A program made the translations under genes and the position numbers. Below, one piece after another: positions 38,552-50,566 of a stretch of DNA of 64,000 nt; positions within the stretch are counted from its first letter, which is position 1; every line of letters starts with the position of its first letter. The stretch is from Raillietiella orientalis (lineage: Eukaryota): contig JAYWIR010000018.1 in assembly GCA_036172245.1 (NCBI GenBank), forward strand, positions 372,001 to 436,000, read 5' to 3'. The notes beneath the pieces were generated by a model. The model made no database searches, was not told where the DNA came from, and saw only the letters and a program-made list of their open reading frames with translations.

Positions 38552-41500
38552 ACCTCGTTATGGAAATGCTATCCAAAAAAAAACACCTCTCGATCAGTCA
38601 CACGCGAAAAGCTACTGATTAATTATTACCACTATTACTAATAAATAATTGGTTTGCACCTCTGCACCCCGTCGAGCCGGCAGAAAATAGGGTAAGGATC
38701 CCAAGTTATAGAATAAGCATTTGGTAAATTCACGTGATCCCCGCACCGAATTATTGGTGAAATTTCGATTTTGACACACGACGACTTTCTATGAAAAGAG
38801 CCAAGCATAATTCCATACCGGCATTTTTTTTCTTTTTTTTTTTGAAAAATGGAAGAAAGAATAAGCCCTAGAAAGAATAATCCACAACCTTTCTATGTTT
38901 TTTGGTCTCTGAGGATGAGGATGGATGTGCACATGTATTTTGGAACTTTCTGGGCCACGACTGGTGTAAAAGTGAAACCATCTTCATTGTCATTCACGAG
39001 AAAAGAATCACAAATTGGATCCAAATGGTCCAAAACAATCAAAAGGCAATTACAATTTGATATCCAAAGCACATCTCGCCAGAGGCAATTTGGATATCAA
39101 CTTCATTCTCTAATGGTCTCCAGTGCACTGGACTTCGCGAAAGCCACCCCGGCGCTCCAGTCGGATCTTCGAGGATTGAAGGATGCAAAGATTTAAAGAT
39201 CGATAATTATTGAAATGAATGGCACTAGCTATCATGACTGAAACATAGCGTGCTACATCCTCCTGTTGGTTCACTCACAATGTAAATCCCAAAATTTCCC
39301 ATATACTCGCCAGTGAGCATGCAATAATACTTGCACGGACGCGCGCGTATCTCCCATCTGATCCTTAGATACGGAAGCTGACTCAAGTGAATGGACCATT
39401 AGCATGCCTATGCAGTAGACATTTTCTCCTGCGCATGCTTCCGTTGCAACACTGTATCACGTATCACTGGAAGAAAAATCCTGGATAATTTTGATATTCT
39501 CATTCGAAAAATTTCGGAATTTCGACTGATGCATATAAGACGCCCCATCTGCATCTGGAAGAAAATATTTTCCCAATGGCATATCTGCGTCGAAGTTTGC
39601 AAACCTTCTTGATGTACCTACTCAATCGAAATACTAGGAAAAATGCACAAGGAAAAATGTAATCTTTACAGCGGATGAAACCCAATTTCAAACTCAAGAA
39701 CAACCTCTGTTCTATGTAGATTTCTTTGCAAAATGTCTTTGACAACTTCGGAAAGACTTTCTTTCCTTTAAATCTTTATGCAAACGAAAAAGGAAAACGT
39801 GCATCAAGAAGGCTGTCATAAGATGACTGCTCCCAACGATGGGTGAACGCCTCTCATACTTGCCTGACTGTGCTTGCAATCCTGTTTTCATGTTTATTAG
39901 GATAATTTAACAAGCATGAAGTCAAAATTGAGCTTTTCCATTCGGTATTTTCAGAATGCAACAAAAAATCACTCTTATCACTGGACTGAGATAGTCTTTT
40001 TCAATTAAAAACCCAATTGAGCAAGCTCTAAACAAGAAAAACCAATTCAAGAAATTTCTCTATGAATGTATTTGATGAAGGTACTTGCAAAATGAATGTT
40101 GATGTCAACAAGTAAGCTAATTAACAGTGATAAATAATGCTCTATCTTGGTTGAAATGGTATTCATACTTTAGGGAATCTGCAATTACTTTTGGCACCAA
40201 ATTCACTTAATGATTCAACGATGAGCAACTTCATAAACTTTTATATCGTTGGTTTACTGATAGTCCTGTATTTTAACCGGGGGAAGAATTGACTCGAATT
40301 TCATGATCACTCACATCTGAGAGGTGATGTGCATGGCAAGGTTTTCCTGATCACTTCACTCTTGGCAGGTTTCGACCTTCGACTAATTCTCATAATATTT
40401 GTACTGACGCCCAGTGGTGAAACCTTCAAAACAAGCGGGATTTTTCACACTTGTGCAAAATATTGAAAATTGGATCAGTGTGATTAAGAGCTTATAATAA
40501 GCTTTTGGAATCACCCCGAAATGAAGAACCATCCGATTGAACTAAATGTCGGAACACTTAAAAAAGGAGCTGCAGATAGCGGAATGAGTTAAAGTAGCTA
40601 TTTCTTCATTCATGAGCGTGACGGAGACCTAAATCATAATTCAGAGGAAAAAAAAAATTCAACAGCAGTGCTTAACAAATTACTTGATGTAGAAGATTCA
40701 ACTTGACGTTGTTTAGAAAGTTCCAGTATGTTTTCCTGAATCCTGCGAGGATTAAACGCTAGGGCAATTTAGAAGGTTTCCGCTAAAAACTACATGGTGT
40801 AGCTGGATACGTAAGGAAGATATTAAAACAGTTTATTTCATGGAGCTCCAGTGTTCCGTTTTTGTTTTGGTTCTTCTGATGGTAGATTTAATTGGAAGAT
40901 GGTGAAACTCAAAACGAAGCGTCATTAAAAGATCACTTTTGTTTCATTTGACCAGCGTTCACTGCGAGCTGAACACAGGAGACGAAGTTGGTTTTGGTCC
41001 GCAAGACATGAGGGAGCAAGTGAATTCCAAGCACTTCGGTAGCTCCCTACTGTCTACTATACTTGGGAAGCAAGCGGCACCTTTTCAGGTAAGTGGCGAA
41101 AGGCAAGATCGATGAAAAACGTGTTCATTAAGAGGCGAAATCCTCACCTCCTGCAAATCGTTAGAGAACACTTATTTCGCGACCCCAAAGGAGAAACAGG
41201 AGGTAAAAACACCATAGCAAAGGTCTGTATATCCTACAGTGGGGAAACTTCTTCCATAGCGACGCTTCCAATGCTATAGTCGTGTCGAACCCATCAGCAT
41301 GGACATTTACTTACTTTCCATCCTTCCTTTTGTGCTGGCAACCTTGAAACTACGAATTTCTGTTCTATGATCACGGATGCGATTCACGGAGTCACTCCAA
41401 GCACCACACCGGTCTCTGTCTCAAAGAGTGGTTCGCGTTCAACTTATAGGTGAATGTGAATAATCAGCAGTCTGTGGTAGCCAGGGCCTGCTCCTCCATC

Positions 41501-42933
41501 CTACCGGTGCCGTTCACAGATGGATTCATACAGCACACAAACACGTGTACGATAACTCATGAGCTCCGTAACTGTGATGCTGAGGATGAGCTGAGGAGAA
41601 TTACTAAGCAAGTAAGGACCCCGAAAACTATCTCCATATGTCCACCCCGCTAGCCGTTAGGAAGCTGTTCAGGAAACGCTTGCAAAACGACAAAAAGAAA
41701 CCCAGATTGCAAGTGAAAAAGTTTGAAAGTTTGTTGCGAAAGCCTATCGTCTCCCATCCCGGGTACAAACAGGATGGATACAAAGATCAGAGATAAGACA
41801 GATACACATTCGGGAAGAAAATAGCGTTGCTGGAGAACTCGTGGCATGCACAAAGCTTCCTTGTCTACGGGCTTGCAAGAGAAGCGGAGAAAAATCCGCG
41901 CGACCCACTCAGTGAATGACAGAGATCTGAAGAGATCGATTAGTTGATATCGTGGCACTCTGGGAGGAAAAGTTTTTTTTTTTTTTTAAAAAAAAAAAAA
42001 ACTCATTTCGAACCTACAGAATGAGCATCGTAACGTTTCTGGGGTTGTTTACTGCAAGGGCCTAAGCACAGTGGGTTACTTTTATATACATTTATAAATT
42101 TTGCAAGCATGGAAGGGGCTCGCTCACTATGAGCAGCAGGAATTAAAAATACTGGGAAACAACGCGCGCGCGCTGATTGATGTTCGGCAACAACAAGGGA
42201 GGAAGAGCGTCAGAGCCCAATTGCTAGGATTCCCCATCCGCTCGCGCGCTGTAGTGGAAGGACTCGCGGGAAGACACTATTGGAGTTGGGGGAGGGGGGG
42301 AAATAGGGAAGGACCCCCTTCAAATGCACGCGCGCGCGCACACACGCAGCCTTCTCCTATGGGACTCTCTTGATAAGCCGCCATTTCCAAAGAAGGTTCA
42401 AAGGCGGTGTGCGGGGAGCACGTGGACTGGAGCTCGCGGAAGCAGGCGATTTCCCGCACACGGGGGCCCCACCGCGCGCACTCTAAGCGCTTGGCAGTCT
42501 GGTCACGTCAACAGGCAAGTCTCAGCGCCAATAAGTGAACTCCGGTCTCCAAGGCACCACCGGAAACCGCTGTTTTCGGTGGCAATCAGGTGCAGGGATG
42601 CGGTCCACCTCGAGAATGAGCTGCCAGAAAGGCTGGCCTTCTGGCCGTGCAGCACGAAAAAGGCGCGGGATCGCCGGCGAGGCGCGCGCGTCTTCACCGG
42701 CTACGTCTTCACCGTGCTGCAGAAGACCAGCGGACCCTTGGGAGCACGCCCAACAACTGCGTTGCCTAGTGAGAGTTCGCATGCTCGAGCGCGTTCGTAC
42801 TCGCTCAGCCTTCTATCTTGAGCGCCACTTTCGAGGGGCGTCACTCTTCTGCTCCTTGTCACGACTCCCAAGAGCTCGCGAGGGCAGAAGCGGAAGGGAG
42901 GCGTTCGTGCGCGCGAGCTCGCGCGTGGAGTGG

Positions 42934-43463
42934 ATGGAGGACATTCTTGTAGCCATGGCAACGGCATCTCCTCGAAAGTTTCCTCTGAGCATCATGGCCA
43001 GGTACCTCGTGTCCTGCGTGTTTTACGGCGTGCTGGTGGGCCTAATCATTCACAGCTTCCTGACTCGGGCAATGGATCTGAAGCCTAAGGGGACGGGTGC
43101 TGCTCCGGAGAAGACGACTCGCTTGCTCGCAACCATCCTGGCTGCGGTCTTCGCCTACCTACTCATGCGATCGAGGGTTGTCAAGGCCAGTCGCTTCTAC
43201 GGCATCCTCTTCTTTGCGACCGTGATCTTGGTGGCGCTCCCCATCTACCGGATTCCAGGAGATGAGTCACTGCCCAGCGTCGTTCTCTGCACCTCGGATA
43301 TGTTCGGCAACAGCTCCAGGTGAGCATGGGGGGTGGGATGGCACTCGGCGGCACCGATGTTTCCCTTCTCTTCTTCTCTGGTTCCTCCATCAGGTGGAAG
43401 AGGGTCGTCACCCTGAGGGAGCTGAGCAGAAGGTACCCCGCTACTGTCCCTACTGCCAAGTGA
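42934..43463 (+). CDS. Putative small multi-pass membrane protein of unknown family (5' end uncertain)
   Basis: Open frame with three hydrophobic segments (YLVSCVFYGVLVGLIIHSFL; LLATILAAVFAYLLM; FYGILFFATVILVALPIY). AG|GTGAGC donor at 43320, pyrimidine-rich acceptor ending at 43393, in-phase last exon (WKRVVTLRELSRRYPATVPTAK*), AATAAA at about 43553. No homology recognised. Confidence 0.5.
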
Positions 43464-44570
43464 GCAGTTGTCCGTCCGACCCACCTCTTCCTGTATCTCC
43501 TTTCCCTAGCCTGTGCCCCCTTCCAGGGAGAAGAAAGTCACAGCTTCTCCTCAATAAAGTGCACCTTTTCGCAGCACGGAGGCGGCGGCTGCGTTGCGAG
43601 AGTGGTATCCGCGGGGACGGGAGCCCTCGGCAATGACGAGGGGTCTGGCTGTTTGCTTTGAGGAGGTGCTTGTGGCCAGCTGAATGACATGGGCTCGGAG
43701 TGGAAGGCAACCTGCTGGGCCACGTCCGAGTTTCGCGATGCTTCACAGGAGGTTGGCTCATACGCACTGGAAGAACGAGGAGTCGTGCCAGGACCCGATC
43801 CTTCCGTGCTTCTTACGCGAGGCTCTAACGGCGAGCTAGTGGCAGTTGCATCAGCGGAAGGTGTCAGCCACTGGGCCGTCTCCCCGCCCCAAACCGGCTA
43901 CTTCGACAGGAGCCATTGCCTCTACGCTTAGACGTGCTAGCGGGAAATGTCCCTTCGAGCGAGTGCTCCTTAGGAGGATGGGGGAGGAGGCAAAGACTCC
44001 TCGACTTCCCTCCTCACCTTCTACGGCAGAAAGAAAGAAAGAAAAACATTCTTTGCCGCGTTTTAGGTGCCGCTGCGTGCGGAAGAGGCTCCATGCGCAT
44101 GAAAGCCAGGTACAAGCAGCAGCAGAAGGAAGTGCCGAGCATTAGAGTCCACTACACGCGCCAGCCAGTCCGCAACAGCAATGAAGCCACGCCAGGGGGA
44201 CATGGTGCGCCTCGAGGAAGACCGTCCGCTGTTAGCCGCGAGCCACGCCACTCCCTATGATTAAGCTCACTGCCAAGCTGGCTCGCTGGGAGGTGGATGT
44301 ATGGGGTAAAGAAGAAAAAAGGGTGAACAGGGTGGGCGAGGAGAGGCGGAGGACGAGAGCTCCTGGAAGGGCGGGACCGCACGCGTGCTCTGATGATAAC
44401 CAGAGAAGGGAGGCATTCTGTGATGCGGCAGAAAGGAGAAAAATGCAAACCTTGCGTCATGGTTGTGCGGCTGCTCTCTCTCTCTCGTTTCGCCGCACCC
44501 AGACGGGGGAGGAGGAGGACCGCGCAGACGCATGCGTGCAAGCAAGAAGCCTGAGAGGGGTGTGTCGTTC

Positions 44571-47500
44571 ATGTCGGCCGTTCTGCGCGCCGCAACTCAC
44601 TCGCAACCCATGGATGCTGAAGCCATGAGGCCACCTCTTTCTCCTCAATGGCCATGTGTGCGCTTCGAAGAGGTTGATGAAGAGAGCAACGAGAGAGTGC
44701 GCCGGCTGTTCCATGGCCACATCCACGGCGTCGTGCGCAGCGTCCCCGGCGGGTACGTCGGAGTGAGAAACTTCGCCAAGTGGTACCACCAGGACTTCAA
44801 AGGCTTCAAGGTCCGCCCGGAAGACACCTGGATCGTCACCTACCCGAGGAGTGGTGAGAGGCCAGTGTGGTTTGCGCGCGCGAGCCCCGCTCGGAGGCTC
44901 TCGGCGTCCGTGCCGGTAGCCTCAGGCTCGCTGGGCTCTTCGCCCATATTGCGTCCACTCTGCACCCAGCGATACAGCGCTTGCGTACTTGGCGAGAAGC
45001 GGGCCAGGTGGCCGTCCACTTTCCGCCGAATTCCCGGTCGCGAGGGTTCCTCTTCCCTTCCGAGGCGTGAACTCTGAGGTCGGGTAATCTCCAGCGCATT
45101 CCCCGGACAGACGCTCCATGCCTCCCTCGAAGGCAGCAAAGGTCGGAGGTCGCAGGAGACCCTCGGTGTAAATGACCAGCGGACGTCCTTAAGATAGATA
45201 GCGGAGGGGGGGGGTATCCTCGGTTCCCTTGAGATCTGCCTCCAACTGGAGGGGAAAATCCAGACGATCTTTTCGAGAGAGCTGCCATGGAAAATTAGGC
45301 TTACCGGAACCTCTGCTGTGCTCAGCAGCAACGGAACGCAGATCTGCCCCTCGTTTGTGCGGGCAGCACTGAAGAGATGCTGCATCCCTTTGCGGATGGC
45401 GACGCAGGAGCCAAAAAAAGAAAAAAAAAGGGAGGAAAACTGCGAATGGGAACTCACAGGTCGCACCGTTTTCGTTTGCTCCGGTGTGAGAGGCGCCCTA
45501 GATCAGCCACAGATGGAGACGCAAATAGCTTAGGTCGCGACGGAAAGTGACGGGCGTCCATTTATCCGATCCGTCCATCGAGAGGGAGGAAAGTGGAATT
45601 CCTTAGCTTAGTTTGCGGCTCGGCGAATGCCAGCAAAATGGCTGCTGCCATGATGCACACGCAGGCCTGACGGCTGGAGGAGAGCGCTGACGAAACAATG
45701 TTCGAGTGCAGCTCGCTGTTGTATGTCACTGATTTTACGGTGGACGCCATCTTGCGCAAAATGGCTTCCACCGTTGCTGCAGCCGATTAGAGGCCGCCGG
45801 TTGGAGATGGCAGGATGAACCATGGCCATGCTAATGAAGTTTTTCCTTTTCCACTGCTGTTCCAGGTTGCCGAGAAGCCTCGATCGGAGAACCTTTCGCT
45901 GCGTCAGCCGGTGGACGAGCTTGAAAGCACATGAGGCACGCTGCCGAGTTTCACAGGAAACGGCGGGACTGCCCGCGGCCGCGTGTGTTTTCTGCTCGTT
46001 TGCGAAAGAAGAGTGCCCCCGCCCCCCCCTCCTATTCCAAAGAACAGGTTTCACTGTCATTGCCGCCGCCTTGATAGAATAATTGCAAAACGATCCATCT
46101 TCACAAAGGCATGCGATTTCTCGAATGTGCTCTCAAGGTGAACAAGGTTCGATGATGGTTCGTCTCGCAAAAGAATCCCTCAAGAGTTGCGCAACACAAT
46201 GAAAATGCGGTGTGGATGCTGTTCCGAACAGAAGAAGGAGAGAGGGAGGGAGGAAGAGAGAGAGGGGAAAAAATTGGCGACGGCTAGATCGAAAGCAAAC
46301 TTTTGATTGGTAAGATAACCTGGGCAAAAAGCTTGCAAAGTTCAATGAACAAGAATTCGGCTGGGAAAGAAAACAATGGAGTTTTTTCATGTTTTCCTTG
46401 TTGCTGTTGTTGCATTCTGCTGTGGCAGCATGTTTTTCTCCTAAAGATGCGATGATTCGCTCTGCAGCCACGCCGTAGCAGTGGGTAGCAAGCATCTGGA
46501 TCCTGATGAGAAAGACTCGTGCCCAAGTGCTACCATTGGCGCGACTGCTGACGTTCCCTTTGTTACCTGCTGTCATTTAATGTGTACACGAGGTCAAGCC
46601 GATTTTTCTCCTGGAGTCAAGTGACTGTGTCTCAATCGACACTTGTTCTCCCTGTTGACGCAAACCATCGGTGCTCCCTTGAGATGGAAGTCGACGACAA
46701 GCAAGCGCCCAGGCTTCTCTACTTGCGGCTCGGGAGCGGGAACCTTTTTTTTTTTTTTTTACGAGGCCTCAGGAGACTGCGTTTGAACTCGGGGAGAGAG
46801 TGACGGCTGCGGGTTGCGCAGTGGCCTTCTCTCCTGTGGCGTTTGTGTTTTGGCGTTATCCGATAGGAAGGAGGCAGCACAGTGCTTCTTCACGAGTCAT
46901 CACACCCCGGCTACAGATGTGGAAGGACGGAAACACGCGCCGCAGGGAGCGAAATAGACGATACAGCGGGGAAGATGCGCGATGGTGGATCACGGGTCTT
47001 CGATTCTTTCTAAAAATGTATTTGGCGCTTTCGATTTTTTTTTCTTCTAGCATGCCGGATGTTTAGAGTCCCGTGTGAACTGGGAGACAAAACAAACAGA
47101 TCCCAAAAAAGGAAAGAGGGGAATCGTTGGACAATTTGCATCCACCAGCTGATTCAAGGTTCCCCTCTCATGGGGAACGCCGACCTCCCTGCGACTTGCG
47201 AAAATCGTGGAACGAAGGCGTTTGCCTCCCGGCTTCCTCCGCTCGACACGGCTGCCCGCCCTTAGCACGCAGGTTGGGTTGGGTACGCGTGCGCGCTGGC
47301 ATGGCAACGCGCGCGGCATCTCCCCGAGTGTGCCGCGGGCTCCATCTCTGTTCCCTGACCGGATGATAGGGTCCGGGCGGCTGGAGCCTGCGCGGCATCG
47401 CTCGCGAACGAGGGGGAGAATGTAGCGGGGGTCGCTCCGGAGGCTCGCGAGTGCGTCGCGAGCCCCGGAGCGCTGGCGAAGTAAACATCCTCCAGACGTC

Positions 47501-49488
47501 GCGCGCTTCCTGGAAAGTCGTCCCTTGCGGTGAGAGGCGCCGTTGGCGGAACCGGGGACGAACGACCCTCCCCTTCACCTCGCCCCGAGAAGTGCATCTC
47601 CCTCTTCCCCCAGGGACCACGTGGATGCAGGAGCTGATATGGTGCCTGGCCAACGACGTCGACATGAATGACCCGAGGCTGAAGATCTACCTGGAGCAGA
47701 GGTTTCCGTTCCTGGAGTAAGTATCCTTGACGCTCCCTGGCGGGAACCGTGTCGCGGGAAGAAGGACGCTCCCCACGCATCTAGCCGCTCCCCGCACACT
47801 GGAGGCCACGTTCGAGAAGGATTCTCTGCCGTTCCCCTCTCCCTCGTGCGCGTGGGGAGCGCTGGCGTCCGGATCTACTTCTCCTTGGAAGAGGAGGAGA
47901 GGGGAGGGGAGCAAGAGGAGGAATTGAAGGGGCGGCTGCTGGCCTCCCTACCCCTCCACCACCCAGCTTCAGGTAGCCACCTTTCCAGCTTCTTCTTGTA
48001 GGGAGGAGGGAGTCTGCGCGGCTGCTGGTTCGGGCCGCTGCCACCGCCAGGACGCCCCACGGGCCATCCGTGGTTTGGAGAGGCGGCTGCGCGCGCGGCG
48101 GCGAAAAGGGGGAAGAGGAGGAGGAAGGGACAAAATGACCGGCGACGACGCAGCTTTCTTCCCTCTGCAGGCTGGACGCCATCATCGAGCCGGAGATCCA
48201 GTCAACGGTGGCCCAGATGAGGAAGGAGCAGAACCAGGACGCCTGGACTCCCGTAGTGCAGAAGCTGAAGGACATGCCTTCGCCGAGGTTTATAAAGAGC
48301 CACCTCCCGTTCTCCTTGCTGCCCCCGGACCTCCTGGACACGTGCAAGGTGAGAGAGGGTAGGCGCGGACCGAGGAGACCGACCTCCCCTACCCACCCTC
48401 CAGTAAGGAAAAGTAAAGGAGGAGGAGGGAGAGGGTCGACCTCGGGAGTCGGGCGGAGGCGGTAAGGGGTCCCTCTGCCTCCCTCTTTGCCCCAAAAGGG
48501 CGCGCGCAGGCGGGAGTGCCGCATGGCGAGAGCTGCGGCAGGGATCCCGTAGGTCATCTACGTGACCCGGCATCCCGGTGACGTCATCACTTCCTACTAC
48601 CACCACAATCGCACCATCCTCTGCCACGATTACGTCGGGACCTTTCAGGAGTACTTCCAGATGTTCCTGGATGAGCTGCGTGAGTGCCAGAACCGGGGGC
48701 CGTGAGGGAGAACTCCTTCCTGCCCCATTCCACTCCAGTGCTCTACGACCCCTACCGGTCACACTTGAGGGAAGCAATGGAGAGGAAAGGTCACCCTAAC
48801 CTATGCCACGTGACCTACGAGGACATGATCGCTGTGAGCTCTCCCCCGAGATCTCCCCCCTTCCCCCTCCCCCACCTCTATCTTTTCTTAGGATCTTCCG
48901 GGAGTGGTGGACACCGTGGCCGCGTTCCTCAAAGTGACACCTTCGGAGGAGAAGAAGATAGGGCTGCTGGACCACCTGGAATTCCGCAACTTCAAGTGCA
49001 ACCCCGCGGTCAATGGGATGGAAGACCCCATGATCCGGAAAGACTTCATCCGCAGAGGTGACTGCCGTCTGGGGGACCTGACGGGGGTGGAGCTGGAAAG
49101 TGGGAGGTCCGCTCTCTTCCGTTCACTTCCGTCAGCTGAGAACAGCCCTGATGAACGGGCGCCTCTCCCCACTCGGTCTTCCGAGTGCACTGGAAACGTG
49201 GCGAGATGGGCAGTAGAACGACCCCCCCCCCCCCTTCCTCCAGACCAACCAGGGAGAGGAGAAAGTTCGACGGCTCCAGCCGCCAGCCCGATCCGCATGA
49301 CTGCAGCTCCTGCCCCCCTCCATGACCCACTCTTCACAGGGCCCCATGGGCTCCATTCAACTGCTTCCGTTCTTTCAGGAGTGTCTGGAGCCTGGACGGA
49401 GGTCTTCGACGAGGATATGCGGCGCACTCTGGAGGAATACATCCGGGATAACCTGGGCGACCTCGGTCTCTTCTCCTGCAGCAACTGA
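44571..49488 (+). CDS. Cytosolic PAPS-dependent sulfotransferase (Sulfotransfer_1 family, SULT1-like), 7 exons, about 353 aa
   Basis: Exons 44571-44853, 47614-47716, 48171-48348, 48553-48679, 48739-48833, 48892-49057 and 49379-49488 splice in phase (1062 nt). Motifs: 5'-PSB VRPEDTWIVTYPRSGTTWMQE, RFPFLE, catalytic PRFIKSHLP, 3'-PB VIYVTRHPGDVITSYYHH, TYEDM, FIRRGVSGAW. ATTAAA at about 49527. The start could instead be a downstream Met (MDAEAM). Confidence 0.95.
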
Positions 49489-50280
49489 AGCCACAGCATC
49501 CCCGTCCTTCCACCAGAGAATCGTTCATTAAAGGTCCTTAGCGCAGTGGACGGTCGCCGTCGGTGGGCATTTCCAAGAGGCAGCCGCCGGTGCGGCAGCT
49601 CCCTCCTGCGGCCAACTGGCCGCCCAGTCAGGATGGCTGCGCCCGCCAGGAGCCAGAGGGAGTGGAGTGGGAGCTCTGGGGACATCCTCCTCACGGTCGC
49701 GATCGCCTCTCCCGGAGACCCTGACAAGAGAGGCCTTAGGGGAAGGGAAACAGCTGTGCGCGCTCCCTCCCTCGTCTCCCGTTGGGGCTCCTCCAGGGGG
49801 AAGGGACGATCCTCCGCCTCCGGGAGCTGCGCCGGAGATCTCCCTAAAGGTCAGGAAAGCTTGTAGCATCCCTGGAAGAGGGCTGGCGCTGTGTCGGGTT
49901 GTCGAGGAAGGGTCTGCCGGTCAACCACGAGGGTGGCCTCGGGCTGAAGATCTCCACCGGTGATGGCGCTGGCACGGCGCACGGTGAAAAGACCAGTGCG
50001 CCAGGAGCAGTCTTGGCGGTGCCTCTCCAGGGGAGACGACGGGGAGGGAGGCTCCCAGGCCACGGGAAAACGTGCGGCGTTCCACCGTCACCCTCTTTCG
50101 CTCGCTATCAGTGCCCTCGCGTCTCCAGTGTCTTCCCCCTTCCTCGTGGAGGCCACACCTTGCAGGGGACCACCGGGATGGGGGAGCTTGGAGGTTCCTC
50201 CTCACTCTCTGGAGGTGGTTCTCCGGGTGCGACCCCTGCGTCCCGAGGGACAGCTCCGATCCGAGCGCCACCACCCACCC

Positions 50281-50566
50281 GCCCGCACGGCTGCAGCAGC
50301 CTTACCCTTCCGTCGCCACCCGAGTGGAGCCTGCGTCCAAGGGCGCGTTCCACCCTCCGGTTCCAGGGCTACGACCCGTTCCAGTCCTATGACAGGCTAG
50401 GGATCCGCCACAGACCCGGGACTGGCTGTTGCCGTGGAAACGGGGCTTATCCGCCCAGTTGGTGCATTGCCGTGCATGAGCTTCCATGGAGGGCGAGATG
50501 TGCGGTCCGCCTGCCGCAGGTGGAGGGGTTCATGATCACCACGCCACCGCGGCGCCTCAGGCAGAA
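50281..50566 (+). repeat. Left arm of a diverged inverted repeat (about 290 bp) within a decayed LINE RT segment
   Basis: Colinear reverse-complement similarity to 51921-52205, with shared blocks CCCTTCCGTCGCCACCCGAGTGGAGCCTGCG and GGAGGGCGAGATGTGCGGTCCGCCTGCCGCAGGTGGAGGGGT. Translation CVQGRVPPSGSRATTRSSPMTG...LIRPVGALPCMS resembles GxVPxxWxxAxxxPIPKxG...YRPISLLP. MRKWVRSC and TVNVIL follow downstream. Confidence 0.9.
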
